64,000 nucleotides of DNA from Hypanus sabinus (taxonomy: Eukaryota), in the NCBI RefSeq assembly GCF_030144855.1, contig NC_082731.1, positions 11,222,001 through 11,286,000 of the forward strand, given 5' to 3'. Below are positions 33,842-47,350 of this stretch, in pieces. Below the pieces are notes generated by a model. That model did not search any database and was not told the DNA's origin. It worked only from the letters and a program-made list of their open reading frames with translations. Numbering within the stretch: position 1 is the first letter of the stretch; each line of letters begins with the position of its first letter. A program made the translations under genes and the position numbers.

Positions 33842-36800
33842 TAATGAGGAACATGACCAGAACATATATGACAAAGTAGCTACTTCAGAATTACACCTAT
33901 TGCAGTAGTTGTCTATACTAGGAAATATTTTAGATAGTCTGTCTTTTGTTAAATAATAACAGTGAACAATTTTAAACTGAATTAAACACATATAACAGAA
34001 GAATTCTTGTTTTTCAGAACTCGCAACCAATCTTCATCAACAAAGGTCATATTAAGTCTCTCTCCCAATCTTGTTTAATCTTTAGTGAGAGGTTATCTTT
34101 CTGTAACAAAAATAAATTATAAATTCTGCTAATGGAACTTCCCATTGAAGGATTCAAATTCAAAATGGTATCCACCAAATCAGATTCTGGCAAATATGGA
34201 AACTTACATAAATATTGTTGTAAAAAATGTCTAACCTGAAGATATTGCAGAAAATGTGTATGAGGGAGTGAATTTTTGTTAATTAACTCTTCAAAATCGA
34301 CCATCACAAAATAAATCTGTAAAAGAATGGATCCCTTTATTTCTCCATGGGAGAAAAATGGTATCGGTTATTGAAGGTTCGAATAAATAGTTTCGACATA
34401 GAAACTAGACAACTTAAGTTGTTTTAAATTTAAAAAATTGCAAAACTGAAACCAAATCCATAAGAACTTTTTAATAATGGGGTAAAGATTTAAATTTGGA
34501 ACTTTAGAGTTGTAAAGGTAATGGAGGTCCTAATATTGAGATTAAATGAAGTTGTTCAACAGCTTTTAATCCCAAATCTACCCATAGTAATTTGTGGCTC
34601 TTCTTGAGCCAATAGAGCCAAACACATAATTGTCTGATATTAATAACCCAATAATACAGTCTTAAATTAGGAAGTGCAAGTCCACCATCATTTTTTTAGA
34701 TTTTTGTAAATGATACTTATTATTTCTTTGTCTCTTATTGTTCCAAATAAAGGAAGAAATAAGAGAGTCAGTTTGATTTAAAAAAAATAAAAAATAATTA
34801 GGTATATTTTGGAAAATATATAACATTTTTAGGCAAAATCATCATTTTTACATCACGGATATGACCAATTAAAGAGAGACTAAGTGGATTCCAAATAGTT
34901 GTTTCATGGAGTCCATTACTATATTAGCTTTATAAAGATTGTTATATTTTTTAGTAATTATAATACCAAATATTTAAAAGTATTAACAATTCTGAAAGGA
35001 ATATCATTATATATAAAACTGGGGCAATTAATGCAAACAATTCACTTTTATTCAAGTTAATTTCTGATCCTGAAAATTTACCAAAATCTTTTAGTGTTTC
35101 CAAAAGAGTAAGAACTGAGTTCCTCAGGATTCGAAATAAAAACCAAAAGATTATCTGCATGAAGATAAATCTTTTGTATGGTTCCATTCATGGAGATACC
35201 ATGGATATTTTTAGGTTCACGTAGTGTTTCAAATAATAAAAGCTTAATAGACATCCCTGTCTAGTACCATGAGAAAGTGAAAAAGTGGACCTGAAATTAT
35301 TAGCAATAACGGTGGCAATAGGATACTTATAAATCATTTGAATCCACATATTGAAATTATTACCAAAACCAATTTTTTCTAATAATGCCACTCAACTCTA
35401 GCAAATGCCTTTTCTGCGTTGAGAGATAACAGATTGAGGTTGCTTAGATAATGGTGAATATATAATGTTCGTCAAACTAAGAACGTTAGAGAAAGGGTAA
35501 CGGCCTATAATAAAGCCCGTTTGAATCATAGAGACGATTTATAGTTCATTAATATTCCAAGCGGTGAGCCATAATCTTAGAGAGAATTTTTGCATCCACA
35601 TTTAATAGCGAACTAGGTCTATATGATGAAAATTCAGTAGGATATTTATCTTTCTTAATGATTAAGGAAATAGATGATTCATAAACTGCCCTCAATGAAT
35701 TCATGAAATATTTCCAAATGATTCGGAGAAAGTAGTCTTACAATTTTTTAGTAAAATCCTACTGAACAACCATCAAGTCCAGGAGCTTTACCTGCTGATT
35801 GCATTAAGAAAATATCTTTCTGAAGTTCATGCTCAGTAATTGGAGCATCAAGCATCTGTTGATCTTCAGCAGAAATTTGAGGAAATTTAATCTTGTGTAA
35901 AAAAAACACTTCAATTTGGAGGAATCTGCAGGAAATTGAGATCTATAATGCTCAGAATAAAAATCCTTAAAAAATATTATTAATGTCTTCATAGTTACTT
36001 GCTATATCTCCATTATTTTTACGAATCTTTAAGATTTGTCTTTTAGCTCTAGCTGTTGTTAATTGGGAAGCAAAGAGCTCATTATTTTTAATCACCAAAA
36101 ATATAAAATTGGCTTTTCAATTTAAGCAAATATCCTTCAATAAGATATGTTAATAATAAATTATATTGTGATTGTATTGTGAATTCTACTCTTTGGAGAG
36201 ATTGCATAAATGTTATCTAATTCTTTAATTTGTTTATACATTTTATCTAATTCCATTCTTGTTTGTTTCTTCAGTTCAGCTATAGACGAAATAATCTGAC
36301 CACGTAAATAGGCTTTTAATGTATCCCAAATTACTAACTTTGAGACGTTTCCTGTATTATTAAAATAAAATCTTTTATCTTAGTTTCAATGAACTCAACA
36401 AATCCTGAACTTTGTAACAAGTGTTCTGGAAAACGCCAAAATGGTCTAGTAGAAGCAACATCTTTCAGATCAAATATTAGGTTTAAAGGAACATGATCAT
36501 AGATAACAATTGCATCATACTCACATTTCTGAACGTTAAATAAAAGTCGAGGGTCGTTTCTCGAATATTTATTATGAACATGTGGAAAAAAAAGAGTATT
36601 CTCTATCACTAGGATACTTGTGTCTCCAAATTTCAATTCAACCATAATCAATTAAAAAGGAATTAATAAGTTATGAAGAACGATTATGAAGTTGATATTT
36701 GGATGATGACTTATCCATTAATGGATTTAAACAAGTATTAGAATCATCACCCATTGATAACATATATTCATTTAAATCACGTAATAGAGCAAAGACAGCT

Positions 36801-37135
36801 TTAAAAATGAGGGTCATCAACGTTTGGTCCATAAATATTAACCAAAACAGTTTTCCTATTATAAATTACTTCTTTAACAATCAAAAATCTACCATTAATA
36901 TCGGCTATAATATCCTCCTGATTAAAAGGGATATTGGAATCAATAAAAATAGAAATACCTCTAATTTTACTCTGAGTTTGCATGAAACTGTGAATCCTTC
37001 CAATATTTAAAAGATCGATTTTTATCAGATAACCTCTTGAGCAAAAATTATATCAGGTTGGAATCTGTTAATAATTTTAAACGATTTCTTATGCTTAATA
37101 GGATGATTGCAACCATGGACATTCCAGCTTAAAAA
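33842..37135 (-). mobile_element. L1-clade LINE ORF2 (endonuclease, RT, Cys-rich C-terminus), heavily decayed
   Basis: LSWNVHGCNHPIKHKK...DIIFAQE, GRFLIV...VLVNIYGPNVDDPHF, LSHGTRQGCLLS, HFLQYLQVRHFL and CNRCNSEVATLSYMFWSC. AT-rich. Confidence 0.9.
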
Positions 37136-37879
37136 ATAACTTTAGATATAATCATGAGACCTTGTATCTAAAAAGAATAGTTAGATGCAGGTTAGGATAA
37201 GGTAGTCAAAAATGGCGGAGGTGAACATCAATAATAATAATTTGCTTATGCTCTGGGATTCCATAGTGGGGATAAAAAAGAAGGGAAAAAGCGGACCCAA
37301 ACTACCCGGAAATAAGCCGATAACGATCGACGCAAGCCCCAAGAAAAGCACAGAAAGCAATTATAAACTCCACCACAAAAATTAAAAAAAAAAATGAGAA
37401 AAGTAATCTGTCTCCATCTACCGAATATAAAACGCTTAACAGTCGACATGTATCTCAATATAATTAAATTGGAAGGAACAGTTTTTTTTGTAAAACAAAA
37501 CGACCTTCAATTTTTAAAGTAACCTTCATAATATTAGATAAGGGGAGAAAAACTCATCCAAAGCAATTCTTGAAATATTTGCACAAAAGAAAATCAATAG
37601 CCATTTTTATATTACCCAATCTATCTTTAAAACATACAGAAATCCAAATAATTACTTCAAAGATCTTTATAATAAAATACGGAACAACAAAAAAATAAAA
37701 TTAGTTCATTTATATGCTGCAGAGAAAAAAATCTATATGGTTCAATATTATCTACAGTCTTTCAACAGTTCTCCTGCTGTGTCTTCTGTGGTTAAAACTA
37801 TCCAAACCAGTCATTTTCAGAGATAAAAACATATTTTAAGATTATCTGATCTGGAAGATTAAGATGCATGAAATCCACA

Positions 37880-38820
37880 GTGACTCAGTTTTGAGTCAGA
37901 ACTGGCTTACCCATAGAAGACAGAGGGTAGTGATGAATAGCTATAATTCTGGCTAAAGATCAGTGAGCAGTAGTGTTCTGCAAGTGTCAGTGCTAAGCTC
38001 CCTGTTGTTTGTAATGTACATACAAAAGTTTTGGATGAAAATGTAGATAGGTTGGTTAGCAGGCTTGCAAAAAACACAAAAGTGGTGGACTTGCAGACAG
38101 GAAAGAAGATTGTTAAAGGATGCATTAGGGTAAGTGATCTACCATTTCTCCCCACATATGGGAATCCAGGCAAATGTGAGGTGCTGTACACTGGGAGTGC
38201 AACAGTAAGGGGAAAGTATACAGTGACTGGCAGGAACATTAAGGCATTGATATGTAGAAGGGTCTAGATGTGCAGCTCCATAGCTCCTAAAAGTGGTAAC
38301 ACAATTAGAAAGCATGGTAAAGAAGGTGAGTGGCATGATTGCTTTCATTGACTTGGGCACTGAGTATAAGTCAAGAAGACGTGCTGTAGTTGTATGAAAT
38401 ATTGGTTAGGCCTCACGAGATTACTGGAAGGATATTGAGGTTTTTGATGGGTATAGAAGAGGTTTACCAGGATTCAGCCAGGTTTTAAGATATTTAGCTC
38501 CAAGGAGAGATTAGCCAAACTTGATTGTTTCCTCTGGAGTGCTGGAGCCTGAGGGAAGACTTAATAGAACTTCATAAATTAACAGAAACATGCTTCCTTT
38601 TCTCCACAGGGTGGAAAAGTCAAATACTAAAGATACAGTATAAGTTTAGTTGCTATATGTAGAGCGAGATTTTTCTCACATAGAGGGTGGTAGGTGCCTG
38701 GAATTTGCAACCAATGTGGTCATGGATTCTGGTATGATCGTGCATTTTAATAGTCTTTTAGACAAGCACATGAATAAGCTGGGAAAGTAGGGATAGGGAT
38801 CGTGCAGGCACCGGTGATCC
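37880..38820 (+). mobile_element. CR1 LINE RT to 3' fragment, decayed
   Basis: MDENVDRLVSRLAKNTKVVDL (SKFADDTK-like), LVRPHE and 3' UTR. Confidence 0.85.
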
Positions 38821-39149
38821 ATGCTGTGCCTAAGTAGTCTTAGGATACCAGCTCATATTGAATTGTTAGCAAAAGGGTCTGGGAAATAACAGATGGAATT
38901 TAATCCAGACAAATATGAGATGATGCATTTTGGGACTACTGATGAAGTAGGACATGTTGCATGAATTACAGGGTCCCATGAAGTATCGAGGAAGAGAAGG
39001 CCTTGCTCTGCAAGTCCAAAGATCATTGACCTCCAAACAGATCCAGGAAGAGAATATTTGTAAACAAATTTCTGACAAATGCAAATGTAGGAGCACAGTA
39101 ATTATGCAAGATTTTAGTTTCTTTCGGTAACTGAGCTACTATCAGAATT

Positions 39150-40380
39150 CAAGATTTTGAGAGGACTGAATTCGTGTACTGCATTCAAAGAAACTTTATT
39201 TAAGTATGCGGCAGGCCGGATGATGGGAGCTTGTAATAAGATACCCCAAGCAAGACTTATTGAGAAAGTAAGGAGGCACGGGATCCAAGGGGTAATTACT
39301 TTGTGGATCCTGAACTGGCTTGCCCACAGAAAGCAAAGAATGGTTGTAGACGGGTCATATTCTGCATGGAGATCGGTCACCAGTGGAGTGACTCGGGGAG
39401 CTGTTCTGGGTACCTTACTCTTCGTGATTTTTATAAATGACCTGGATGAGGAAGTGGAGGGATAGGTTAGTATGTTTGCTGATGACACTAAGGTTGGAGG
39501 TGTTGTGGATAGTGTGGAGGGCTGCCAGAGGTTACAGCGGGACATTGATAGAATGTAAAACTGGGCTGAGAAGTGAACAGATGGAGTTCAACCCAGTTAA
39601 GTGTGGAGTTGTTCATTTTGGTAGGTCCAGTATGATGGCAGTATATAGTATTAATGGTATGACTGTTGGCAGTGTGGAGGATAAGAGGGATCTTGGGGTC
39701 CAAGTCCATAGGATGCTCAAAGCAGCAGCACACGTTGACACAGTGATTAAGAAGGCATACGGTGTATTGGCCTTCATCAATCTTGCAATTGAATTTAGGA
39801 GCCGAGAGTAATGTTGCAGCTATATAGGATTCTGGTCACACCCCACTGGGAGTACTGTGCTCAGTTTTGATCACCTCACTACAGGAAGAATGTGGAAACC
39901 ATAGAAAGGGTGCAGAAATTTACAAGAATGTTGCCTGGATTGGGAAGCATACCTTATGAGGACAGGTTCAGTGAACTCGGCCTTTTCTCCTTGGAGAGAC
40001 AGAGGATGAGAGGTGACCCGATAGAGGTGCATAAGATGTTGAGTGGCGTTGATCATGTGGATAGTTAGAGGCTTTTTCCTAGGGCTGAAATGGTGCCACC
40101 AGAGGACACAGGTTTAAGGTGCTGGGGAGTAGGTACAGAGGAGATGTCAGGGGTAAGTTCTTTTACTCAGAGAGTGGTGAGTACATGGGATGTGCTGCAG
40201 GCAAAGGTGGTGGAGGCGGATACAAAAGGATCTTTTTGGAGACATTTGGATTGAAACACAGAACTTAAAAAAATGGAGGGCTGTAGGTATGCCTAGTAAT
40301 TTCTAGGATAGAGACATGTTCAACACAACCTTGTGGGCCAAAGGGCCTGTATTGTTCTATAGGTTTTCTATGTTTCTATG
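39150..40380 (+). mobile_element. CR1 LINE RT to 3' end
   Basis: [42 protein letters not shown] and VIKKAYGVLAFI. Ends in (TTTCTATG)2 at about 40365-40380. Confidence 0.95.
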
Positions 40381-40449
40381 CAGTGAAATTCAATGGCTGA
40401 GGTGGGGGCAGGGATAACATTTTGACTTTAGTTTTAGCAAATGTAGTTG

Positions 40450-41090
40450 GAAAATGCTACTATCACACTTAGAGCAATTTTATCACCTTTTCAAAATATT
40501 TGATTCCTGTGGGGTAAAAGATCACCAAAAACTTTTTGCAAAGTTGGAATCGAAACCGTATGTACCACTTCATCCAGACATTCCTTCCACAGTCTTAAAG
40601 CCTCTGAGTGAAGAAGTTACCCCTCATGTTCCACTAAAACATTTCACCTTTTACCCTTAGCTCTTGTCTCACCCAACGTCAGTGGAAAAAGGCTGCTTGT
40701 ATTTACCCTATCTATATCCCTCCTAATTTTTGTATACCTCTGTCCACTGTCTCCTCGCTCTCCTATGCTCCAAGGAGTAAAGTCATAATTTATTCAACCT
40801 TTTGCTATGACTCAGGTCTACAACATCCTTGTAAAATTTTCTCTGCCCTCTTTCAAACTTATTGACATCTTTTCTGTCGGTAGGTGACCAGAAATTCACA
40901 CTATAATGGAAATTAAGCCTCTGCAATGTACAACTTCCATACAACATTCAACTCCTGTGCTCAATACTTTGATGTTTGAAGGCCAATGCGTGAAAAGCTC
41001 TCTTTATGACACTATATAACTGTAACCCACCACTTTCAAGTAACTGTCTAAAAGTTATTCATCAAACTATTGAGAGATAATCTTGCCATT
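40450..41090 (-). mobile_element. CR1 LINE 3' fragment
   Basis: Reverse-complement CR1 ORF2 end (gtcggtaggtgaccagaaattcacactataatgg; ctccaaggagtaaagtc). Confidence 0.7.
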
Positions 41091-41640
41091 TTACAGACAG
41101 ACATACTTTATTGATCCCGAGGGAAATTGGGTTTCATTACAGTTGCACTAACCAAGAATAGTGTAGAAATATAGCAATATAAAACCATAAATAATTAAAT
41201 AATAACAGGTTAATTATGCTAAGTGGAAATATGTCCAGGACCAGCCTATTGGCTCAGAGTGGCTGATACTCCGAGGGAGTTGTAAAGTTTGATGGCCACA
41301 GGCAGGAATGACTTCCTATGACTCTCAGTGCTGCATCTCGGTGGAGTGAGTCTCTGGCTGAATGTACTCCTGTGCCTAACCAGTACATTATGGAGTGGAT
41401 GGGAGACATTGTCCAAGATGGCATGCAACTTGGACAGCATCCTCTTTTCAGACACCACCATCAGAGAGTCCAGTTTCACCCCCACAACATAACTGGCCTC
41501 TCGAATGAGTTTGTTGATTCTGTTGGTGTCTGCTACACTCAGCCTGCTGCCCCAGCACATAACAGCAAACCTGATAGCACCGGCCACCACAGACTCGTAG
41601 AACATCCTCAGCATCATCATCCTCGAATAGTTCACATTAT
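41090..41640 (-). mobile_element. Rex1/Babar-type LINE 3' fragment
   Basis: MLRMFYESVVAGAIRFAVMCWG...RINKLIREAS...HPLHNVL...RCSTESHRKSFLPVAIKLYNS, with a short (TCTG)n tail at about 41092-41105. Confidence 0.9.
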
Positions 41641-41649
41641 ACATTGATA

Positions 41650-42200
41650 AGGAGAGCTTGCTTGGGTACATTTCAATTCTGCTCCATTCAATCTTTTTAC
41701 ACAATGGTCATCCCAATCAACAAGGGATGTTAAAATCCACAACTTATACGATTCTATTTTACTTACAAATAGATGTAATCTCTCTACATTTCTTGGTAAG
41801 TAATAAAGGAACTATAATATTGTCCAATCAGAGTGACCATCCCCTTTTTCTTTTGAATTTCTGTGCACATAGTCTCACAGGATGGACCCCAGAGTATATC
41901 CTCTCTATGGACTATTCTTCTGTCCTCCTTCACTTCCCCTACTGTCTTACCTGCATCTTTGTCAAGCCTGTAGCATTTGATTATCCTATAACATTCAGCT
42001 GTCAACTGTGTCCTTCTGCCAGTCAAGTTTCTGCTATGCCTGTGATATCACAGTCCTCAGAGCCAGTCAGTGCCCAGAGATACCCTTCTTGCCTGTCAGG
42101 CTCTTGTTTTAAAATAAATGCAGTTTAAACCAATTGTCATTCCTCACCCTTTACTGTGCCCATTTCTATCCCAATGACTAAATTCTTACACATTGGCTCG
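41650..42200 (-). mobile_element. CR1 LINE endonuclease fragment
   Basis: Minus ORF contains RCYRLD...EDIL.G.S.E...TEIQKKKGMVTLIGQYY, the CR1 APE region. Confidence 0.65.
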
Positions 42201-42229
42201 ATATTATCCCCTGATTTCTCATGAGCTAC

Positions 42230-42900
42230 TTACACAAAGTGCTGATGGAACTCAACAAGTCAGGCAGGAGAATAAGCAATCAGATAGAGGGGATAGAAAA
42301 TAATTGAGGGGAATAAACAATTATTGTTTCAAGCTAAGACCCCTCATTAGGACTGGAATGTGAGGGGGGAAAGCCAGATTCAGAAGGTGGGGGAGGAAAA
42401 GGAGTATAATCTGCCAGGTGATAGGTGAGGCCAGGTGAGGGGGAAGGTGGATTGTCAGCACAGGGAGGATAAAGTAAGAAGCTGTGAGTTGAAAGGTTGA
42501 AGAGGTAAAGAGAGGAAGAAAGAGGAATCAAACAGGAGAGGTCAGCGGTTTATGGAAGAAAGACGAGGAGTGGAGCTCGAAGGAAGTGATTGGCTGTTAG
42601 AAGAAAAGTGATGAGAGTGGAAACCAAAAGGAGGAATGAAAAAAGAGAGAATGGGACGAGGAAGCAATTACCAGAGGATAGAGGATTTCATGGTCATGCC
42701 ATTAGTTTGAAAGCTACTTAGATGGAATATGAGATGTTGCTCCTCAAACCTGAGTTTGGCCTCATTGTGGCAGTACAGGAAGCCATGGACAGAAGTTAGG
42801 ATATGAATGGGAACTGGAAATGAAATAGGCAGCTGTCGGAAGATCCTGCCTTTTGTGGCAGATAGAGCACCCTATCACTCAGAGCCCTACCCCCATGCTG
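42230..42900 (-). mobile_element. Penelope-like element 3' fragment with degenerate terminal repeat
   Basis: Begins acacaaagtgctgatggaactcaacaagtcaggcag (terminal-repeat family) and includes a degenerate hammerhead core (minus: cctaatgaggggtcttagcttgaaa). Confidence 0.75.
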
Positions 42901-43079
42901 CTCTAAGTAGCACTTGCAAATCTTCCAGCCAGGATATTGGCCCCTGTCCAGTTAATGTGCAATGTGTCTTTCCTGTACAGGTTATCTCTACCCTTCGTGA
43001 CCCAAGAACTTAAATTCCTGTCTCCTGCACCAGCTCCACAGTCACACATTCATCCGTGATATCTTTCTAATTCTTTCTC

Positions 43080-43460
43080 CATTAGCATGTGGCACTGGGA
43101 GTCATACTGAGATTACTATCTTTGAGGTCCTGTTGTTTAGATTATTTTCTAATTCCCTATATTCATTGCTCAAGACATAACCCCTTTTCCCAACTGTGTC
43201 ACTACTATCAACATGCACCACAACAAATGGCCGCTTACCCAACGCTTTGAGAATGTCCTGCAGCCACTCAGGAACATCTATGATCATAGCATTTGGCAGA
43301 CACCTCAACATCCTAGCTTCTTTTTTGTGGGCACCGAATTTTCTGTCTGTTCCACAAACTACTGAGGTTCCTATAACTACCACTCTGCCTAACCTCCCGT
43401 ACTCGCTGTGTCTCACAACTTGTCTCAGTGCCACAAAGTTTATAGGATAAATGCAAAACA
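43080..43460 (-). mobile_element. CR1 LINE ORF1 (SGNH esterase-like) fragment
   Basis: RVVVIGTSVVCGTDRKFGAHKKEARMLRCLPNAMIIDV..LQDIL...VVVHVDSSD...EYRELE..L..RTSKIVIS. Confidence 0.85.
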
Positions 43461-43499
43461 TTGGAAGGGTAATTATGGAGGCATTTATTATCTTCTAAA

Positions 43500-44760
43500 A
43501 GTGATAAATTGCCAAGCCTATTTTATATCAATCCAAGTTTGTAGAAGAAAGCAAAGGAGATATTGCCAATGGTCTGCCCATCATTTTTTTTTTACCCTCT
43601 CCTGCTCTTGGAATGAAGTCAGAGGATTAGGGGACACCCAACTTTGTATGTTTCAAAAGGGAGAAATGGATTGCAAACCTGTCTGTTCAAACTCAAAGGT
43701 AGCAAAGTATTGGAAGCATTCTTGGAGATAATGTAAACATAGACTATCGCAAGCCATTCCATAAGGTGCACAGGAGGTGAATCATGAATCAGATTGCAAC
43801 TGCACAGAACAAGAGTTGAACTAAATGGATGCTTTCCAAGTTGTATGAATGTAACAAGTGGAAAGCCCCAAGAATCAGTTCTCAGCCTTCAATTATTTAC
43901 AATTTACATTAACAACTTTGAGGAGGAAACACAATTTAAGATGTCCAGGTCTGCTGATAATATGGGAGGGCACATTGTAATGTCAATATTAGGACTATAA
44001 CCTAATTATAGAGAGGTTGTGTGTGTAGATGAAAACCCAGCAAATAGTTTAATATGGCAAAGCGCAAGGTCATGTAACGTTTTAAAAGGAATCAAAAATC
44101 ACTCTATTATCCAAATAGAAACATTTTGCAGTTAATGGAACTACATGTTGATGTACATAATGTTAACAGGCAGGTAGGGGAAGTAAAGAGGGCAAATGAT
44201 ATTTTGCCCTTTATTGCAAGAGGGTTACAGTTTAAAATGAAGAGATATTGTTACAATTGTACAGCACACCAATGAGTCGGCAGCTTTGGTCCCCTTACTT
44301 GAGAAAGCATAGACTGGCATTGGAAGCAGTCCAAAAGAGATGCACTCAGGCAATTAAAGGGAAGAGAGGGTGATCCCACAAAATGCTAACTTAAAAAAAA
44401 ACTATATTCTTTGGAATTTAAAAGAAGGGGACAATTTTACTGAAACATATTAGGTTCTTAGGGTTCATAACAAGGATAGACATTGAACTGTTTCCATTAG
44501 TGAGATATAGGCACAGCGTCATTTAAAACTCAGTAGTGTAGGAAATGCTTCTGCAAAGTATTGTGAATATCCCCAGAGATGATGCAGGTGGGAACATTAA
44601 GAGTATTTAAAATGATGCAACTTTTTTTTAAAGCTCTAGAAACTGAGAGCCAGAGGAAATTGACAAAGTAGATGAGACTTGGGCAGATCAGCCATGATCA
44701 CATTGAATGACGGAGCAGGCTTGAAGGGCTGGGTTGGTTACAATTGCTTCTATTTTCTTA
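43500..44760 (+). mobile_element. Old CR1 LINE RT to 3' fragment
   Basis: VTSGKPQESVLSLQLFTIYINN...SRSADN, and a CR1 3' UTR (cagatcagccatgatcacattgaatgacggagcagg). Confidence 0.75.
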
Positions 44761-45849
44761 TATTCACATGTGCAGAGAATAGCACTGATTAATGGGGGAC
44801 TTCCGAATGAATTTTTTTGTGGAATGATTGTGCTTGACTAATTTGATTGAACTCAGTTAGTGGGCGGGGAGGGGAACCAAGACAGCAAAATGAGAATCTG
44901 TTACCATTTGCATTGAGTAATTGGCTGTTGATCATGTTCAGCATTGTTGGCTGATCACGAAACATAAAGCACTTGGGATCCAAGAGAGCTTGATAGATTA
45001 GATTCATGCTCAGTAGCAGAATAAAAAGGTTGATGGGTAATGTTTGTTACTGGAAGCCTCCTAGCAGAGTGTTCTGTACTTAGTCCTTTCATGTATGCAA
45101 GGTTACTGATTTAACCTAAATGCAGGGTCATGACGCAAAGGATTGGAGATTGTCAGGAAATTTTTATACGAGTCTTATAACCCTATATTCAAAATTTTCC
45201 TCCACACCGATAATACAAAAACTTGCCACACAGTTAAAAGTTTGGACTGCAGGAAAATACTGACAGTCTCTCAGTTGAGCAGGAAAAAGCAAATCAAATT
45301 TGATCCCTGGAAGTGTGAGGTAATACATTGGGGAGGTGCGACAGGTCAAGGAAATGCCAATGACTTACAGCAGCTGCCCCATCTCAGAGGAGTATGACTT
45401 CCTTCAGTTCCGATTAATGTGATTTTGACAGACTGGCAATTTAATAGGCCTGGGCTAAAAATGGATAGGAATACTTGTTGATTGAATCCAATGAGTGTTT
45501 GCAGTCTTCTGGTCTTCTTAGGTCTTAAGATCACCTTTCTGACACCATGAGGCTCTTGCCCCAATCCTCACTCATTCTCTTCTTCTTTGTCACTGCAAAG
45601 CTTCACTACTTTATTTGCATCTTTTGTTTGAGAGTGAATTTTCACAACACCTGCCCATCCATTAACTTCCTCTCCTGCAATCGCATTGCCTATGGCTGCT
45701 CCAACCTCAACCCAATTTTGTCGCTGAATACCTGATTCATTCCTTCAATCCCTTGCTGTTTCACTCAGGCCTGGGATCCCAAATTCATGCTTTGTAAACT
45801 CAATCCAAACCCGTCTGCTGCATCGTTTCACTTAACAACATTGCAAACA

Positions 45850-46130
45850 CCAGAGGGCATATGTACAAAATTAAGGGAGGGAAGTTTAGGGGAGACATCA
45901 GGGGTACGTTTTTTACAGAGGGTTTTGAGTGCCTGGAATGACCTGCCAGGGATGGTGGTGGAGGCTAAAACATTAGGGGTATTTAAGAGTCTCTTGGACA
46001 GGCACATGGATGAAAGAAAAATAGAAGGTTACGGGGTATTGTGGGTTTAGTACTTTTTTTAAGGATTATATGGGTCAGCACAACATGGAGGGCTGAAGGG
46101 CTGTATTGTGCTATGGTTTTCTATGGTTCT
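45850..46130 (+). mobile_element. CR1 LINE 3' end
   Basis: GDIRGTFFTEG.../FLQRVLSAWNDLPG..VEA.TL.VFK.LLDRHMD, with tail ctatggttttctatggttct. Confidence 0.9.
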
Positions 46131-47019
46131 ATTGCTTAATGCTTTGACAATACTGTTTCATTCCTTTAAAAGTACTATTGCTCACTTACGCACACCTTAA
46201 CAAACTTTCTTGCTGGAGTTTCAAAAATTAGACCTGGAAGTATGTCTGAGAGACACTGACACATTTATTTGAGAAAGACAATAATGAAATGCATGGCAAT
46301 TAAGCAACTGTATGTGGGCAGAGCCAGATGTGAGTTTAAGTTCTGGAATAAGCACCTTACCCTGGATGATGTGGGCCTGCTTTGGGCTAACTGAAGTCCC
46401 ACCTTGGTTCTTCACTGCAACAGTTCTCGACATAATTACATAGGGTTTCAGGCCCACTCAAACAGCAATAAGTCATCTGGCTTTGTGCACTGAGCACTCA
46501 AATTGGTGAGTCCCATATGTGTTGATGGAAAGTGGTAGGGAAAATCTGCTGCTCTTGTGGTGAACAAATGCATGCTGACCCCAACGATCCTGAACTAAAA
46601 ATGTAATATTACATTAGAGCCCAGCATTTATGGGACCTGACCAAGTTATTATGCCAATACAGATAACTTAATGATGATATGATCGCAAGAAAGTAGGCAG
46701 AAATCTGTAGCATTTCCCCATCTCAGCAGAGGTTGGATGGCCTTTACCTGTCACACACCTATGACACATTTAAGAAACCTCAATGAACCCCTGAACCAGT
46801 TTCATTGAAAGGAAAGGAAATGGTGTTCCCACTTTGATCCCATTAGGCTGTTCTTGAATGTCCAGCACCAATGCATTCAATGCATCAATGTATCAAGATG
46901 GAATTTCATACAAGCAAGGAATTGCAAACCACTTAATGCTTCTGCAAATACTGGAACTCCAGCCAGATATATATGCCCTTCCTTTACTCACAGAGATTAT
47001 GCAGGAATTTTAAAGTCAG

Positions 47020-47350
47020 TAACTCTTCTCCTTCTACCTTAGGACACAAACTTATCAATCACCTCGATGATTGATAACTGATGAGTTATTAACTTCAAAC
47101 TTTCTGCATAATGTCTCAGAGTTGAACTGTATGAGCATGTAACGAGAGCTGTACAACTCATCTCCTTGTACCTTAGTCCACAAACTTATCAAAAACCCCT
47201 GCTTTGGACATTTTTTGGAGGTTCAAGATCTGTATGCTCCATGACTGCTGGACTAAATGTGTAAATGTAGGAGGGGACTATGTTGAAAAACCAATGTTTA
47301 TAGGTTTTCTAAAATTGACTCTTTCTCACTTAGGCCATGAACTAAATGAC
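47020..47350. mobile_element. Tc1/mariner-like TIR cluster or MITE remnant
   Basis: Three degenerate copies of CTCCTTCTACCTTAGG.CAC.AACTTATCAATCACC (47028-47066, 47162-47199, ~47316-47350) and an internal inverted pair gatgagtt/aactcatc. Family assignment is from recalled similarity only. Confidence 0.55.
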
